The position numbers and the translations under genes are program-made. Below, piece after piece: positions 1 to 10,407 of a stretch of 57,423 bases of DNA. The stretch's first letter is position 1; every line of letters starts with the position of its first letter. The stretch is from Chthoniobacterales bacterium (GTDB taxonomy: Bacteria > Verrucomicrobiota > Verrucomicrobiia > Chthoniobacterales > JACTMZ01), in contig JBIJDZ010000004.1 in the NCBI GenBank assembly GCA_044343805.1, positions 1-57,423 of the forward strand, given 5' to 3'. The notes beneath the pieces are model-generated. The model had not been told where the DNA came from and did not search any database. It worked only from the letters and a program-made list of their open reading frames with translations.

Positions 1-1325
1 GCGTCACCGCCTCGGTGAATCATCCGCATGTGGTGCGGGTTTATTCGTTCGGCGAAGCCGCGGGGCAATTTTACCTGGCGATGGAGTTGGTGGAAAAAGG
101 CACGCTGGACGACCTCATGGCCATCCAGTCGTGCGTGCCTGAGGCGCAGGTGCTGGAAATCGGTGTGCAGATTGCCCAAGGGTTGGAAGCCGCGTCGGAA
201 AAGGGGCTCATTCACCGAGATGTTAAACCGGGAAACATTCTGTTTGCCGACGCGCACACGACGAAGATTGTGGATTTCGGTCTGGCCCGCGTGCTCGAGG
301 AGGAGGCCGGGGCCCGCGGGGAAATCTGGGGCACGCCCTATTACATTGCGCCGGAGCGTTTGAATTATGAGCCGGAGGATTTTCGCAGCGATATTTACAG
401 CCTCGGGGGCACTCTTTTCCACGCGATCGCCGGCCGGCCCCCGTTCGAAGCTGAGAATGCGGGTCTTGTCGCCCTCAAGCAATTGAAAAGTCAGCGCGTG
501 AGCCTCGAGGCTTTTGCGCCGGACGTGGCTTCGGAGACCGCTTTCGTGATCAACCGCATGCTGGAGAAAAATCCCGACGACCGCTACGCCAGCTACGGCG
601 AGTTGATCGAGGATCTTGAGTTTGCCAGATCCAAGGTCCTCGAGCGGGCGGGGCGTCCCGCCGGAGCCAGACGGGAGGTGGTGGCGGTGGAAACAAGCCG
701 CAGCAAACTTTATGTGTCTTTGATCACGGTGGCGGTGGCTGCATTGATCCTAGCGGTTGGCTTGTTTATGTTTTTCACCAGCGAACGTCCGGAGGTCAAA
801 ACTGTGCGCGAGACCATATTCGCCCGGCCAACGGCCGATCCTATGGAGTCGGGTATGCAGGCGCTGGTTGTCGGGGATTGGCCAAAAGCGCAGGCGTTTT
901 TCAGCAAAGCGGTCGCTGCGGACGAAATCATGACTAAGCAGGGCCAATGGGCGCGAGTCAATCTGGCCACCGCCCTGACTTTGCAGAATCAGCAGGAACG
1001 AGCGCGAGTGATCTGGAAGGCCATCCGGCAAGCGGGATTGTTTTCCGAACGTCTCGAGCATCACGAAACCGGCAACATACTCCAAGACGCCGCTAACTTC
1101 GGCTTGCGGAAGACGCCAGTGCGACTCGAGGACATGAGGAATTACCCGTCGGAAGGGCCTAAGGCGCTAGCGTATTTTTTTGCCGGGCTGACCAACTGGC
1201 GTCTCGGAGATAGGTCTGAAGCGGCGCGTATCTGGAAGGAGTTTCTCGACAAGCCCTCACCGCATGGAGTGCCTTATTGGGATGATTATCAGGCGACTGC
1301 ACGGTGGTTGATGAGTCAGCCTTGA
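1..1325 (+). CDS. Membrane-anchored Hanks-type Ser/Thr protein kinase with C-terminal TPR-like region (5' end truncated by window edge)
   Basis: HRDVKPGN catalytic loop, DFG, GTPYYIAPE and SDIYSLG motifs; one TM segment (LYVSLITVAVAALILAVGLFMFF); helical TPR-like C-terminus. The frame is open to the window start and the Gly-rich loop/VAIK region is missing. Confidence 0.9.
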   Translation, partial: VTASVNHPHVVRVYSFGEAAGQFYLAMELVEKGTLDDLMAIQSCVPEAQVLEIGVQIAQGLEAASEKGLIHRDVKPGNILFADAHTTKIVDFGLARVLEEEAGARGEIWGTPYYIAPERLNYEPEDFRSDIYSLGGTLFHAIAGRPPFEAENAGLVALKQLKSQRVSLEAFAPDVASETAFVINRMLEKNPDDRYASYGELIEDLEFARSKVLERAGRPAGARREVVAVETSRSKLYVSLITVAVAALILAVGLFMFFTSERPEVKTVRETIFARPTADPMESGMQALVVGDWPKAQAFFSKAVAADEIMTKQGQWARVNLATALTLQNQQERARVIWKAIRQAGLFSERLEHHETGNILQDAANFGLRKTPVRLEDMRNYPSEGPKALAYFFAGLTNWRLGDRSEAARIWKEFLDKPSPHGVPYWDDYQATARWLMSQP

Positions 1326-1438
1326 ATTTGCACCTGTTGAGCTTCGTCGTATTATACATCTTATGAGTGCGGCGGTGGAATTTCTCGGACAAGTTCTTGA
1401 GCGAAATGATCGTGCGCGCCTATCGTGATAACTTATCG

Positions 1439-2584
1439 ATGAGACGACCGCTCAAACTACATATCAAAGCTGCACTGTTCTGTGGCTTGGTCGCTATCCT
1501 CCTGTCTTTGCCTTTGATCTGGGCACTCCAACTTCCCGGGTGGCCGGGTTGGCGTCCCGAGTTGGTGAGTCCGCGTGCCGAGGCCCTGTTGTCTGTTTTG
1601 TTGGCGTTGTGGACGGCGTGGTGTGTGGTTGATATTCCCCGCAGAGGTTTGAAGGTCCTCACTTGGATCGCAACTTTCTGGCTTTTGGGGAGCGGTCTGT
1701 GGATTGCCGGTCTCTACGGCTTCACCTCGAATCCGCTGGCGCCGCTCGTTGCGGTAGGATTGTCCGGTGCCGGGGCGCTGGCGTTCTCCTTTTCGCCGGC
1801 CGGTTCGCGCCGAGCGAGATGGGAGGCGCTCGTGGGCAACCGGGTGGCTCCAGAGGTTCTAAGATCCTCGATTGATGAACGCCATTTGGAAGATGGACCG
1901 CGGACGAAAATTCTCGCCGTCGTAGAGGTGCTTTGGCCGGGAAGTCCGACCGATGAGCATCAGGCTTGGGGTAGCTTGACGGAACGGGCAGGGCGGGCGG
2001 CGGAGCATTTTCTAATGGCGGGTGGTTACCTCGAGCGCTGCGACGGCGAGGGGGCACGTTTTATTTTCGGCTGCTGGGGTGGCGAAATCTCGCCGACTGC
2101 CGTGCTTGAGGTGGTGAATGAGTGGGTCAAAGTTGCCGGGGGATGCGTGGCGATCGCTCGGGGCGAGTGCGTGACTGGGGTGGGATATTTTCCCACCGGC
2201 GCGCGCTGGACGGTGGGAGGCGTACCGTTGCGTCGGGCGGCGCGCATGGCGGCAGCCGCGCGCGGATATGCTGCGCGCGTTGTGGTGGAGGATACTCTGG
2301 CCAAAGAAGTCAGCGAGGCGTGGATGTCGAGACGCCTGGCTTGGTGGGACTTCGAGGGTGAACGGATTCTGTTGAGAGAGATTGTTGATAAAGCGGAAGA
2401 TGCCTCATCTGAGGCAGGGGAGGCGTTGCGCCGCTGGGACCGGGCGTGGGATGCTTTCTGGAACGGCGATTGGTCCACCGCGGAGAACGTCTTCGGGGCT
2501 TTGGCGCGCGAGCGCGACGACCATGCCGCGCGGATTTTTGCCATGCGCAGCGAGGCCGCTCGTCGGCAGGATTCGGAAAAGTGA
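1439..2584 (+). CDS. Membrane protein with degenerate class III adenylate/guanylate cyclase-like domain
   Basis: Four hydrophobic segments, then segments resembling cyclase motifs (GGYLERCDGEGARFIFG ~ GGTLDKFIGDAIMAFFG; WTVGGVPLRRAARM ~ YTVIGDAVNLASRL) and the typical short TPR-like tail. ATG 1439 chosen over GTG 1367. Confidence 0.6.
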   Translation: MRRPLKLHIKAALFCGLVAILLSLPLIWALQLPGWPGWRPELVSPRAEALLSVLLALWTAWCVVDIPRRGLKVLTWIATFWLLGSGLWIAGLYGFTSNPLAPLVAVGLSGAGALAFSFSPAGSRRARWEALVGNRVAPEVLRSSIDERHLEDGPRTKILAVVEVLWPGSPTDEHQAWGSLTERAGRAAEHFLMAGGYLERCDGEGARFIFGCWGGEISPTAVLEVVNEWVKVAGGCVAIARGECVTGVGYFPTGARWTVGGVPLRRAARMAAAARGYAARVVVEDTLAKEVSEAWMSRRLAWWDFEGERILLREIVDKAEDASSEAGEALRRWDRAWDAFWNGDWSTAENVFGALARERDDHAARIFAMRSEAARRQDSEK

Positions 2585-3189
2585 AAAACGCGGATTATCC
2601 AGAACCATTTCGCGCGCTGGTCCGCGAGTTGCGCCGTTTGCCCGGGGTGGGCCCGCGAAGCGCCGAGCGGATGGCGTTGTGGTTGCTGGAAGATGGCGCG
2701 CGCTCGGCTGCTTTGGCCGAGATGGTTGCGGGCGCTCGGGAAGCGTTACGCCATTGCGTTGAGTGCGGATTTTTCTCCACCGGGGAGCACTGCGAGCTGT
2801 GCGCCGATGATGAGCGTGAGCGTTTGCTCTGTGTGGTCGAAAGGGCTACCGATATTCTGCCGATTGAACGTTCGGGGGCGTTCCGCGGTTATTATCACGC
2901 GCTGGGCGGAAGGCTTTCACCTTTGGAACATGTTGGTCCGGAGGATTTGCGCTTGGCCGAGCTGAAATCGCGTCTGGACCACGGCGAATTTACCGAGGTG
3001 ATTCTGGCGTTGAGTACCGATGTTGAAGGCGAAGCCACGGCCAACTATCTGGTGGCAATTCTGGTGCCGCGCGGTGTGCGCGTTTCGCGTCTGGCTCAAG
3101 GTATGCCGGCGGGTGGCGGGCTCGAAAACACCGACGAACTCACTCTGGCCCGCGCTATGGCGGGCCGGCGCGAGGCGGCCGGCCGATGA
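2581..3189 (+). CDS. recR: Recombination mediator RecR
   Basis: LPGVGPRSAERMA HhH motif, C4 zinc finger (CVECG..CELC), Toprim region (YHALGGRLSPLE, DVEGEATA). GTG start overlaps the upstream stop. Confidence 0.95.
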   Translation: MKNADYPEPFRALVRELRRLPGVGPRSAERMALWLLEDGARSAALAEMVAGAREALRHCVECGFFSTGEHCELCADDERERLLCVVERATDILPIERSGAFRGYYHALGGRLSPLEHVGPEDLRLAELKSRLDHGEFTEVILALSTDVEGEATANYLVAILVPRGVRVSRLAQGMPAGGGLENTDELTLARAMAGRREAAGR

Positions 3190-4178
3190 TCGTGAAACGG
3201 CGTGCGTTCGCCGCAGTGGTGTTGATGTCGATGGTCGGCGGAGTACAGGCTTTGCCGACGCAAAATTTGTCCGCCGCGGCCGAGCACTCGGATTGTCATG
3301 ACGAGTATTCGCTACTGGTTTGGCACAAGGGGCGCGTGATTTTCGAGCGCGGGCGCGACCATGAAAGCCCGGCGCCAAGGATTTACAGTATCACCAAGAG
3401 TCTTGTGTCCATCGGCGTGTTTCGTAACGCGTTGTCTGGCGGACTATCGCTCGGGCAGCCGGCGCGGTTCGCGCCAGCGCGCGGAGTCACGCTGGAGGAA
3501 CTGCTCAACCAGAGTTCCGGTTTGCCCCCCGCTCATCGTGAGTTTTACTCCGCCGGCCTGCGGGACAAAGAAGCTGTGCTGCGCCGTCTCAAGCTGAATG
3601 GTGAGCGTGGCAGGTTTGTTTACGGCCCCTCGCACTGGGAGGTGCTGGCTGAGGAAATTCACCAAATCTCTCTCCGTCCTCTCGATCGATGGTTGAAAAA
3701 ATTCGTGCCCGGGGCCAAGCGCCGGGTGTTGAAGAGTTGGGGTCGCGATGATCATGGTCGCCTCTTTTTTTCCACCGGTGCGCGGATGGATGCGCGTGAT
3801 CTTTTGCCTGCTGCCCAAGAGGTGCTGCGAGGGCTGCGGGACGGCCGGGGGTGCTGGCCGGTTGAAGTGCGAGACCTGATGGCCAGAGGCACATCGGCCA
3901 ATCGTATGTATGCGCTGGGATTTTGGCTCAATCGCGGCGCTGGGCAAAAGGGCGCGCGGGAGATAGACGTCGAGTCGGCTTTGGGGTCCCCGAAGTCGGA
4001 GGATTTTTGGCGTCAGGGGTGTCTGAGTTTGGCTGCACCGGCCGATATGGTTGCGATGATCGGCTCGCGCGGCCAACGCGTTTACGTCGTGCCTTCGCGG
4101 GACTTCGTGGTGATTCGCCTCGGCGCCGGGAGAGGGTTTAACGACGCTAAGTTTCTGCGCTGTTTGTTTGGCTCGTGA
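3186..4178 (+). CDS. Secreted serine hydrolase, beta-lactamase class C/PBP-like family
   Basis: Signal peptide, SxxK (SITK), LLNQSSG, and C-terminal GSRGQRVYVVPSRDFVVIRLG typical of the family. Confidence 0.75.
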   Translation: MIVKRRAFAAVVLMSMVGGVQALPTQNLSAAAEHSDCHDEYSLLVWHKGRVIFERGRDHESPAPRIYSITKSLVSIGVFRNALSGGLSLGQPARFAPARGVTLEELLNQSSGLPPAHREFYSAGLRDKEAVLRRLKLNGERGRFVYGPSHWEVLAEEIHQISLRPLDRWLKKFVPGAKRRVLKSWGRDDHGRLFFSTGARMDARDLLPAAQEVLRGLRDGRGCWPVEVRDLMARGTSANRMYALGFWLNRGAGQKGAREIDVESALGSPKSEDFWRQGCLSLAAPADMVAMIGSRGQRVYVVPSRDFVVIRLGAGRGFNDAKFLRCLFGS

Positions 4179-4187
4179 CAAGGCCGA

Positions 4188-5303
4188 TCAGGGGATGCCG
4201 GCGGGCAGGGCGCGGGGGGCATGCTCGGGAGGAAGAGCCAGCAACAAAGTGGATTCGCCGCGTTGCCAGCGGTAGCCGAAGCCAAAGGGCAGCGGGAAAG
4301 CCTCACCACGCTCGTAGATTGAGCGCATGGCGGGTTGGTTGTATTTGGTGAATATATCGAGCGGCTTGGTGTAACGGCCGAAGAAAATCAAATTCCAGCC
4401 TCTGGCGCGGAATGTGGAGAGTGGAATCCCCGAGTCGTCCTGCACGATGGCGCGGCAGTGACCGAGCAGAAAATCCCGAACCCGGGAAAAACTGCCTTCG
4501 TGGGGCAGATATGAGGCTGCTTTGAGGTAGCCGGTGGCGGGTCCGCGGGCGGAGAGCCATTCAAGGATTGAAGGGTTGAGTTTCAAGGAGCTATCGGCAA
4601 GGTTGGCTTGCACATAAACAACCTCCGAGATCGGTGCGCCCGGACCCGCGCGAAAAACAATCCGCACCGCAGGATGTCCGCCGGGTGAGTCGCCGGGGAC
4701 CAAGTGCCCGTCGGATTTGAGGGTCAGACGTTCCGCGGCATCGATACGGGCATCGGTGAACGACAGAAAAACCAGCATGATGGGGAACACGCCTTGGAAG
4801 GAGGAGGAGGCAAGGTCCGACTTCATGTCTTTTGTGATGAAATGGCTGAAATTCATGATGACCTCGGTCGATTTGCGCAGGGTGGCGAGGCTGGCGTGGA
4901 GCTGCTCTGGTGTCAGTTCAAGCGGATTGGCCAGACGACCAACGGGTTCCAAGCCTCCCAAGGCGTAGGATTGGGCGCCGGGAAAAAGCGCCAAAGCACT
5001 GATCAGGTCGGGGCCACCAAACAAGTAGGTTACATGGGATGAGGCGCTGATTCGTGGAACCAGCTCCGCGGCCGACCAGGCGCGCATGGGGGCGAAGTAT
5101 TGCTCATTGTAACGGAACCATTGGGAGGCGTATTCGCGGGCGTGTTCGCGGTATTCGGGTGAATTCTGTAAAGGTGCGAGCGAGCTGGCCGATGGCAGTT
5201 CGCGCCCGGCGAGAAAGGCTGCCAATTCGGTGGGTGAGAAGGCTCGGGCCAGCGGTGCACTCAGTATTGCGGCACCTAAGACAATGATGATGCGGATGTT
5301 CAT
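4188..5303 (-). CDS. Conserved hypothetical exported protein
   Basis: Signal peptide MNIRIIIVLGAAILSAPLARA; conserved-looking blocks YLFGGPD, GLEPVG, LKAASYL, QDDSGIP. ATG 5303 overlaps the permease stop (ATGA). Confidence 0.7.
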   Translation of the reverse strand: MNIRIIIVLGAAILSAPLARAFSPTELAAFLAGRELPSASSLAPLQNSPEYREHAREYASQWFRYNEQYFAPMRAWSAAELVPRISASSHVTYLFGGPDLISALALFPGAQSYALGGLEPVGRLANPLELTPEQLHASLATLRKSTEVIMNFSHFITKDMKSDLASSSFQGVFPIMLVFLSFTDARIDAAERLTLKSDGHLVPGDSPGGHPAVRIVFRAGPGAPISEVVYVQANLADSSLKLNPSILEWLSARGPATGYLKAASYLPHEGSFSRVRDFLLGHCRAIVQDDSGIPLSTFRARGWNLIFFGRYTKPLDIFTKYNQPAMRSIYERGEAFPLPFGFGYRWQRGESTLLLALPPEHAPRALPAGIP

Positions 5304-6601
5304 GTAGCCCGGATATTTTGGCTTCGTGCCACCAAGGTGTAAACAAGCAGTGCCGCGACCAGGGTGAGCAGGCCAAACAGGGCCTCCAATGGTTTGACGA
5401 TTGCCGTGTAAACCATGGCAAACCCGCTGATCGCCAAGAAGAGCAACGGTGGCAGGGGGTAGAGCGGGATACGGAAAGGGCGGGGCAAGTCGGGTTGCGT
5501 GCCTCGCAGCACCATCACTCCGAGTACGGCCAGAAAACTGCACGCCAGCAAGGCAAGCTGCGTGTAAACCAGAATTTGCTCGAAGCTTGAGGTCGCCAGA
5601 AGAAACAATGTGAGGGTGCTCTGCGCGAGCACGGAGCGAACGGGAATACCTGCGGCATTGCGCAAGTTGAACCAGCCGAAAGTACGGGGGTAGTCCTCAC
5701 CCAGCACCATGGCCACGCGCGGTCCGGCCCAGATCATGGCGCTGATCGCGGAGATCAGCCCCAAGGCGATAATAACCGCGACCAATTTTCCGCCGAGCAA
5801 TCCGAAAGCCGATGCGGCGGCGACTTGCGCCACGTTGATTTGACCGGCCATTTCATCCATCGGGGCGGCTTGGAGAAATGCATAGTTGAGCGTCAGGTAG
5901 AGAAGCATGACGAGCAAAGTGCCTGCCGCCAGAGCCCTGGGGATATCACGCGCCGGGGTGCGCACCTCATCGAGTATGTAAGTCGCGGCATTCCAACCCG
6001 AGTAAGCGTAGAGGGTAAACAACAGCGCGACGGCAAATGGCGGCGAGAGGATGTGGTGCTCCCATGCCGGTGAGGGCTGTGGAGTTGTCTCCGACGTGCT
6101 GAGCAGAGACAGCGAAAGAATGATAACCAAACCGATCTTCAACAAAGTGAAAAAGATTTGAAAGAGGCTGCTTATCCGGAGGTCGCGCAAGTGAAAGAGA
6201 GTGACCACGACGACAATGGCCGTTGCCGATGCACGAATGGGCATGTCCGGGACGACGCCCTGCAGGTAAGAACCGAAGGCCATCGCGCTCAAGGATACGG
6301 GTGCGGCAAAACCGACGACAATGGAAACGAGTCCGGCCATGAAGCCCACAGCCGGGTGATAAATCTTGCCAAGAAAATGGTACTCCCCGCCGGATCGAGG
6401 CAGAGAAGCAGAAAGTTCCGCATAGCAAAGTGCACCGCAAAGCGCGAGGACTCCTCCCAGAAACCAGAGGAGCAAGATGGCTTCAGGAGAAGGGATTTGC
6501 GCCAGTTGGAAACCCAGGCTGGTGAAAATGCCAGTGCCGACCATGTTGGCCACCACCAGCGCAATGCAGGCCGGGAGGCCGACTTTAGTGAGAGCGGTCA
6601 T
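5300..6601 (-). CDS. APC-superfamily amino acid permease
   Basis: VANMVGTGIF, YAELSASLPRSGGEY, YAYSGWN and RPFRIPLYP motifs; about 12 TM segments. Confidence 0.9.
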   Translation of the reverse strand: MTALTKVGLPACIALVVANMVGTGIFTSLGFQLAQIPSPEAILLLWFLGGVLALCGALCYAELSASLPRSGGEYHFLGKIYHPAVGFMAGLVSIVVGFAAPVSLSAMAFGSYLQGVVPDMPIRASATAIVVVVTLFHLRDLRISSLFQIFFTLLKIGLVIILSLSLLSTSETTPQPSPAWEHHILSPPFAVALLFTLYAYSGWNAATYILDEVRTPARDIPRALAAGTLLVMLLYLTLNYAFLQAAPMDEMAGQINVAQVAAASAFGLLGGKLVAVIIALGLISAISAMIWAGPRVAMVLGEDYPRTFGWFNLRNAAGIPVRSVLAQSTLTLFLLATSSFEQILVYTQLALLACSFLAVLGVMVLRGTQPDLPRPFRIPLYPLPPLLFLAISGFAMVYTAIVKPLEALFGLLTLVAALLVYTLVARSQNIRAT

Positions 6602-6624
6602 GGTGTCGAGCTTCCAGCTTGGGC

Positions 6625-6654
6625 TTGCCACTTCATGAGGAGCACTCCTAGCAT
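6625..6654 (+). promoter_or_regulatory. Putative sigma70 promoter TTGCCA-18-TAGCAT for the methyltransferase gene
   Basis: Near-consensus -35/-10 pair in the short divergent intergenic region; sequence similarity only. Confidence 0.4.
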
Positions 6655-6664
6655 GACAAACCGC

Positions 6665-7291
6665 ATGAGCACCATTCTCTTCCGCCGCTTTTTAGCCAGA
6701 CCTTTGCAAGTAGCCTATGTGGTGCCCAGTTCCCGAGCCATGATCAAACGCGTGCTCGGACGCATGGATTTCACCCAACCCAGGACCATCGTTGAGTTTG
6801 GCGGGGGAGAGGGCTGTTATACGCGGGAAATTCTGAAACACATGGGGCCAGAGGGACGTCTGTTGGTTTTTGAACTCGACCCTCATCTGGCCGAGCACCT
6901 GCGTGAGCAGTTTCGCGATGATGGTCGGGTGCACATTTACCAATCCGATGCGGCGCACTTCCGTGACGAATTGCAAAAATTAGGCATCGATCATGCCGAT
7001 TACGTGATTTCCGGTATCCCGTTCAGCTACATCGAGCCTCGCAAGAAAAAAGAGATACTCCATGCCGTGCACGACGGTCTGAAGCCTGACGGCGTATTTT
7101 GTGTTTACCAAGTCTCGATGGAATTGAAGCGCCACGCCCGCATGTTTGCTGCTTCCGAAGTGGAGTATTTTCTGGCGAACATCCCGCCGATGTTCATCAT
7201 CGCGTTTCACAAATCCGAGATAACGTTGCGCAAAAAGGCGAAAAAAGCAGCTAAGAAGTACCGCCACCGGTCACAGCCGGCGGCGGCTTGA
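6665..7291 (+). CDS. SAM-dependent methyltransferase, phospholipid N-methyltransferase (Sinorhizobium PmtA-like) family
   Basis: FLARPLQVAYVVPSS N-terminus, VEFGGGEG motif I, VISGIPF and NIPP motifs. Confidence 0.75.
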   Translation: MSTILFRRFLARPLQVAYVVPSSRAMIKRVLGRMDFTQPRTIVEFGGGEGCYTREILKHMGPEGRLLVFELDPHLAEHLREQFRDDGRVHIYQSDAAHFRDELQKLGIDHADYVISGIPFSYIEPRKKKEILHAVHDGLKPDGVFCVYQVSMELKRHARMFAASEVEYFLANIPPMFIIAFHKSEITLRKKAKKAAKKYRHRSQPAAA

Positions 7292-7300
7292 GCAAACCGT

Positions 7301-8287
<987 letters not shown>

Positions 8288-8326
8288 CGCCCTGTAGTGT
8301 GGCGCATAGAGGCCTCTGTCTCGATC

Positions 8327-8373
8327 AAAAAATAAGGAAACCCGTTCCGCCAGCAGGCAAAACGGGTTTCCTT
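8327..8373 (-). terminator. Rho-independent terminator downstream of the HU gene
   Basis: 13-bp perfect inverted repeat AAGGAAACCCGTT (8334-8346)/AACGGGTTTCCTT (8361-8373), followed on the minus strand by a T run (plus-strand AAAAAAT). Confidence 0.8.
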
Positions 8374-8391
8374 GATGGAGGGGGAAATCTT

Positions 8392-8661
8392 TTAGAGCTT
8401 GCTCTTGAGATCTTTGCCCACGCCGAACTTCACGCCCTTCGAGGCTTTGATTTTAATGCGCTCGCCTGTCTTCGGGTTCACACCCATGCGGGCTTTGCGG
8501 TTCACGACTTTGAACGTTCCGAAGCCGACGAGCTGCATGACTTTGCTTTTTTTGAGGTGGCTTTTGATGCCTTCGACGACGGCGTTCACTGCGCGCTCGG
8601 CGTCAGCTTTGGTGCTGTTGAGTTCTTTTTGGACGGACTCGATAAGTTTGACTTTGTTCAT
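8392..8661 (-). CDS. hup: DNA-binding protein HU
   Basis: MNKVKLIE start; [30 protein letters not shown] signature; 89 aa. Confidence 0.95.
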   Translation of the reverse strand: MNKVKLIESVQKELNSTKADAERAVNAVVEGIKSHLKKSKVMQLVGFGTFKVVNRKARMGVNPKTGERIKIKASKGVKFGVGKDLKSKL

Positions 8662-8817
8662 TGTTGGATATGCGGATTTTGCTTTTAGAAATGTCTCTTG
8701 GACAAGCGGTTTTTGTTTGATCGGGCGCCGACTGTCAATGGTCATTCCGCCTGTGCGGCGAATTTTTTGCCGGGTTTTTGATTTGACAGAAAAGTCGGTG
8801 CGGGTCCCGCTGATAAG

Positions 8818-9387
8818 ATGAATCGTGATACGTTTGGAATAACCGATAAATTCTTGGAAACCATCCGGCGCAATCTGCGCACTGTGCCGCGCATCGCTCC
8901 CGATGCGTACGTGGCCGAGGAGGCGACGCTGATCGCCAATGTGGAGATCGGCGCCGAGGCAAGTGTCTGGCCTCAAGTGGTCATGCGTGGAGATGTCGCA
9001 GAGATTGTCATAGGCCCGCAGTCGAACGTGCAGGACGGTTCGGTGGTGCATGTGGCCGATGGTTTGCCGGCGGTGGTGGGGCGCTTGGTCACGGTCGGTC
9101 ACAAGGCCATCATCCATGCCTGCAGGATCGAGGATGAGGTGCTTGTGGGAATGGGGGCGATCGTGCTGGACGGCGCGCATGTGGGAGCGCGTTCGATCAT
9201 TGGGGCCAATGCAACGGTGAAGCAGGGGATGATCATCCCGCCGGGTTCTCTCGTTCTAGGGACCCCCGCCAAGGTTGTGCGGGAATTGTCCGCTGAGGAG
9301 CAGGCTGGGGTCAAAATGTGGGCCTTGCGCTACGTGCGCTTGTCGCGTGAATACCTCGCTGTACGGACTTTAGAAGCGGTGAACTAA
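8818..9387 (+). CDS. Gamma carbonic anhydrase family (YrdA/CaiE-like) hexapeptide-repeat protein
   Basis: MRGDV..IVIGPQSNVQDGSVVH, VTVGHKAIIHAC (three His ligands), IPPGSLVLGTPAKVVREL. Confidence 0.9.
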   Translation: MNRDTFGITDKFLETIRRNLRTVPRIAPDAYVAEEATLIANVEIGAEASVWPQVVMRGDVAEIVIGPQSNVQDGSVVHVADGLPAVVGRLVTVGHKAIIHACRIEDEVLVGMGAIVLDGAHVGARSIIGANATVKQGMIIPPGSLVLGTPAKVVRELSAEEQAGVKMWALRYVRLSREYLAVRTLEAVN

Positions 9388-10301
9388 GGCTGCGGTTTGT
9401 TCTCCGTGTGATCATCTCCGCATTCGAGGTGGGTGATGACATGTGCGGCGGGCCGGATGCTTTTCTCCAGAGTGTCTTCAATCTCCGTGGCTATGCGGTG
9501 GGCGTCACGGAGAAGAATGTCCGCCGGGAAGTCGAGGTGAAGCTCGACAAGGTGGGCGTCGCCGATGTTGCGGTGCCGCAAGTTGTGGTGCGTGATGTTA
9601 TGGCGGCTGGTTTCTCCTGCGACGATACGTTCGATCTCACGATGCACTTCGGGATCGGCGGCATCCATGAGCCCGCTGATGCTGCGGCGGACAAGTCGAG
9701 TGCCGGAGACGAGGATATTTGTCGCGGCAATCAGTGCGAAAAGCGGGTCCCAGTAAGCCCAGTCCGTCCATTTCACGAGTCCGAGAGCTACTAACACACC
9801 GAGACTGGTCCAGCAGTCGGTGAGAACGTGGTGGCCGTTGGCCTCAAGGATGATCGAGCCGCGTTCTCGGCCGGTGCGCACCAGATGCCAGCCCAAGGCG
9901 CCGTTGAGGATAGCCGCGATGGTTGTCAGGGCCAGGCCGGTGGGAATGTGTCCGAGTTGCGGTCCCTGCCAGATCGCACCCATCGCTTCATAAATGATGT
10001 AAAGTGCCGCCGCGATGATCATGGCCCCTTCGAAGCCCGCGGAGAAAAAGCTGATTTTGGCGTGCCCGTAGAGATGGCCGGAGTCGGCCGGTCGCAGGGT
10101 GAGCCAGAGGCTGTAAGCGGCAAAAGCGACGGCGACGAGATGCGCGGCGCTTTCGCCCAGGTCGCTCAAAATTGCGGTTGAGCCGGTCCAGGCGTAGGCC
10201 ACGGCTTTGAGTGCGAGAAGAAAGATGCCGGCGCAGACGGAGAGAGCCATGGCAAACTTCTTTTCCGTGGCAGCAGTTGGCGCGGGCAGTGTTTCTCCCA
10301 T
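9384..10301 (-). CDS. Cation diffusion facilitator (CDF) family transporter
   Basis: TGSTAILSD, PADSGHLYGHAK, ANGHHVLTD, and a C-terminal ZT-dimer domain (LHL..AHRIATEIE..HVITHLE). Confidence 0.9.
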   Translation of the reverse strand: MGETLPAPTAATEKKFAMALSVCAGIFLLALKAVAYAWTGSTAILSDLGESAAHLVAVAFAAYSLWLTLRPADSGHLYGHAKISFFSAGFEGAMIIAAALYIIYEAMGAIWQGPQLGHIPTGLALTTIAAILNGALGWHLVRTGRERGSIILEANGHHVLTDCWTSLGVLVALGLVKWTDWAYWDPLFALIAATNILVSGTRLVRRSISGLMDAADPEVHREIERIVAGETSRHNITHHNLRHRNIGDAHLVELHLDFPADILLRDAHRIATEIEDTLEKSIRPAAHVITHLECGDDHTENKPQP

Positions 10302-10407
10302 GTGCGGAACTCTTTGCCTTTGTTCCCGTGGCGAGGCAAGCGCGATGTCGATGCAGTGCGCCTTGTTCCCAGTGGCTGATGGCGTTAAATCTGCTTCAAG
10401 TAAATTC

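Noticed and set aside
3186..4178. Serine hydrolase as an antibiotic-resistance beta-lactamase
   Set aside because: Only SxxK is clear. The YxN and KTG motifs of class C enzymes are not conserved (YGP, MIG), so resistance cannot be claimed.
6158..6664. Long N-terminal extensions in the ORF track (pmtA-like, HU, PEPCK, purM, rplI, ugd, galE, DUF1365)
   Set aside because: The extensions overlap neighbouring genes or promoters and family homology begins at downstream starts, so they are not fusions.
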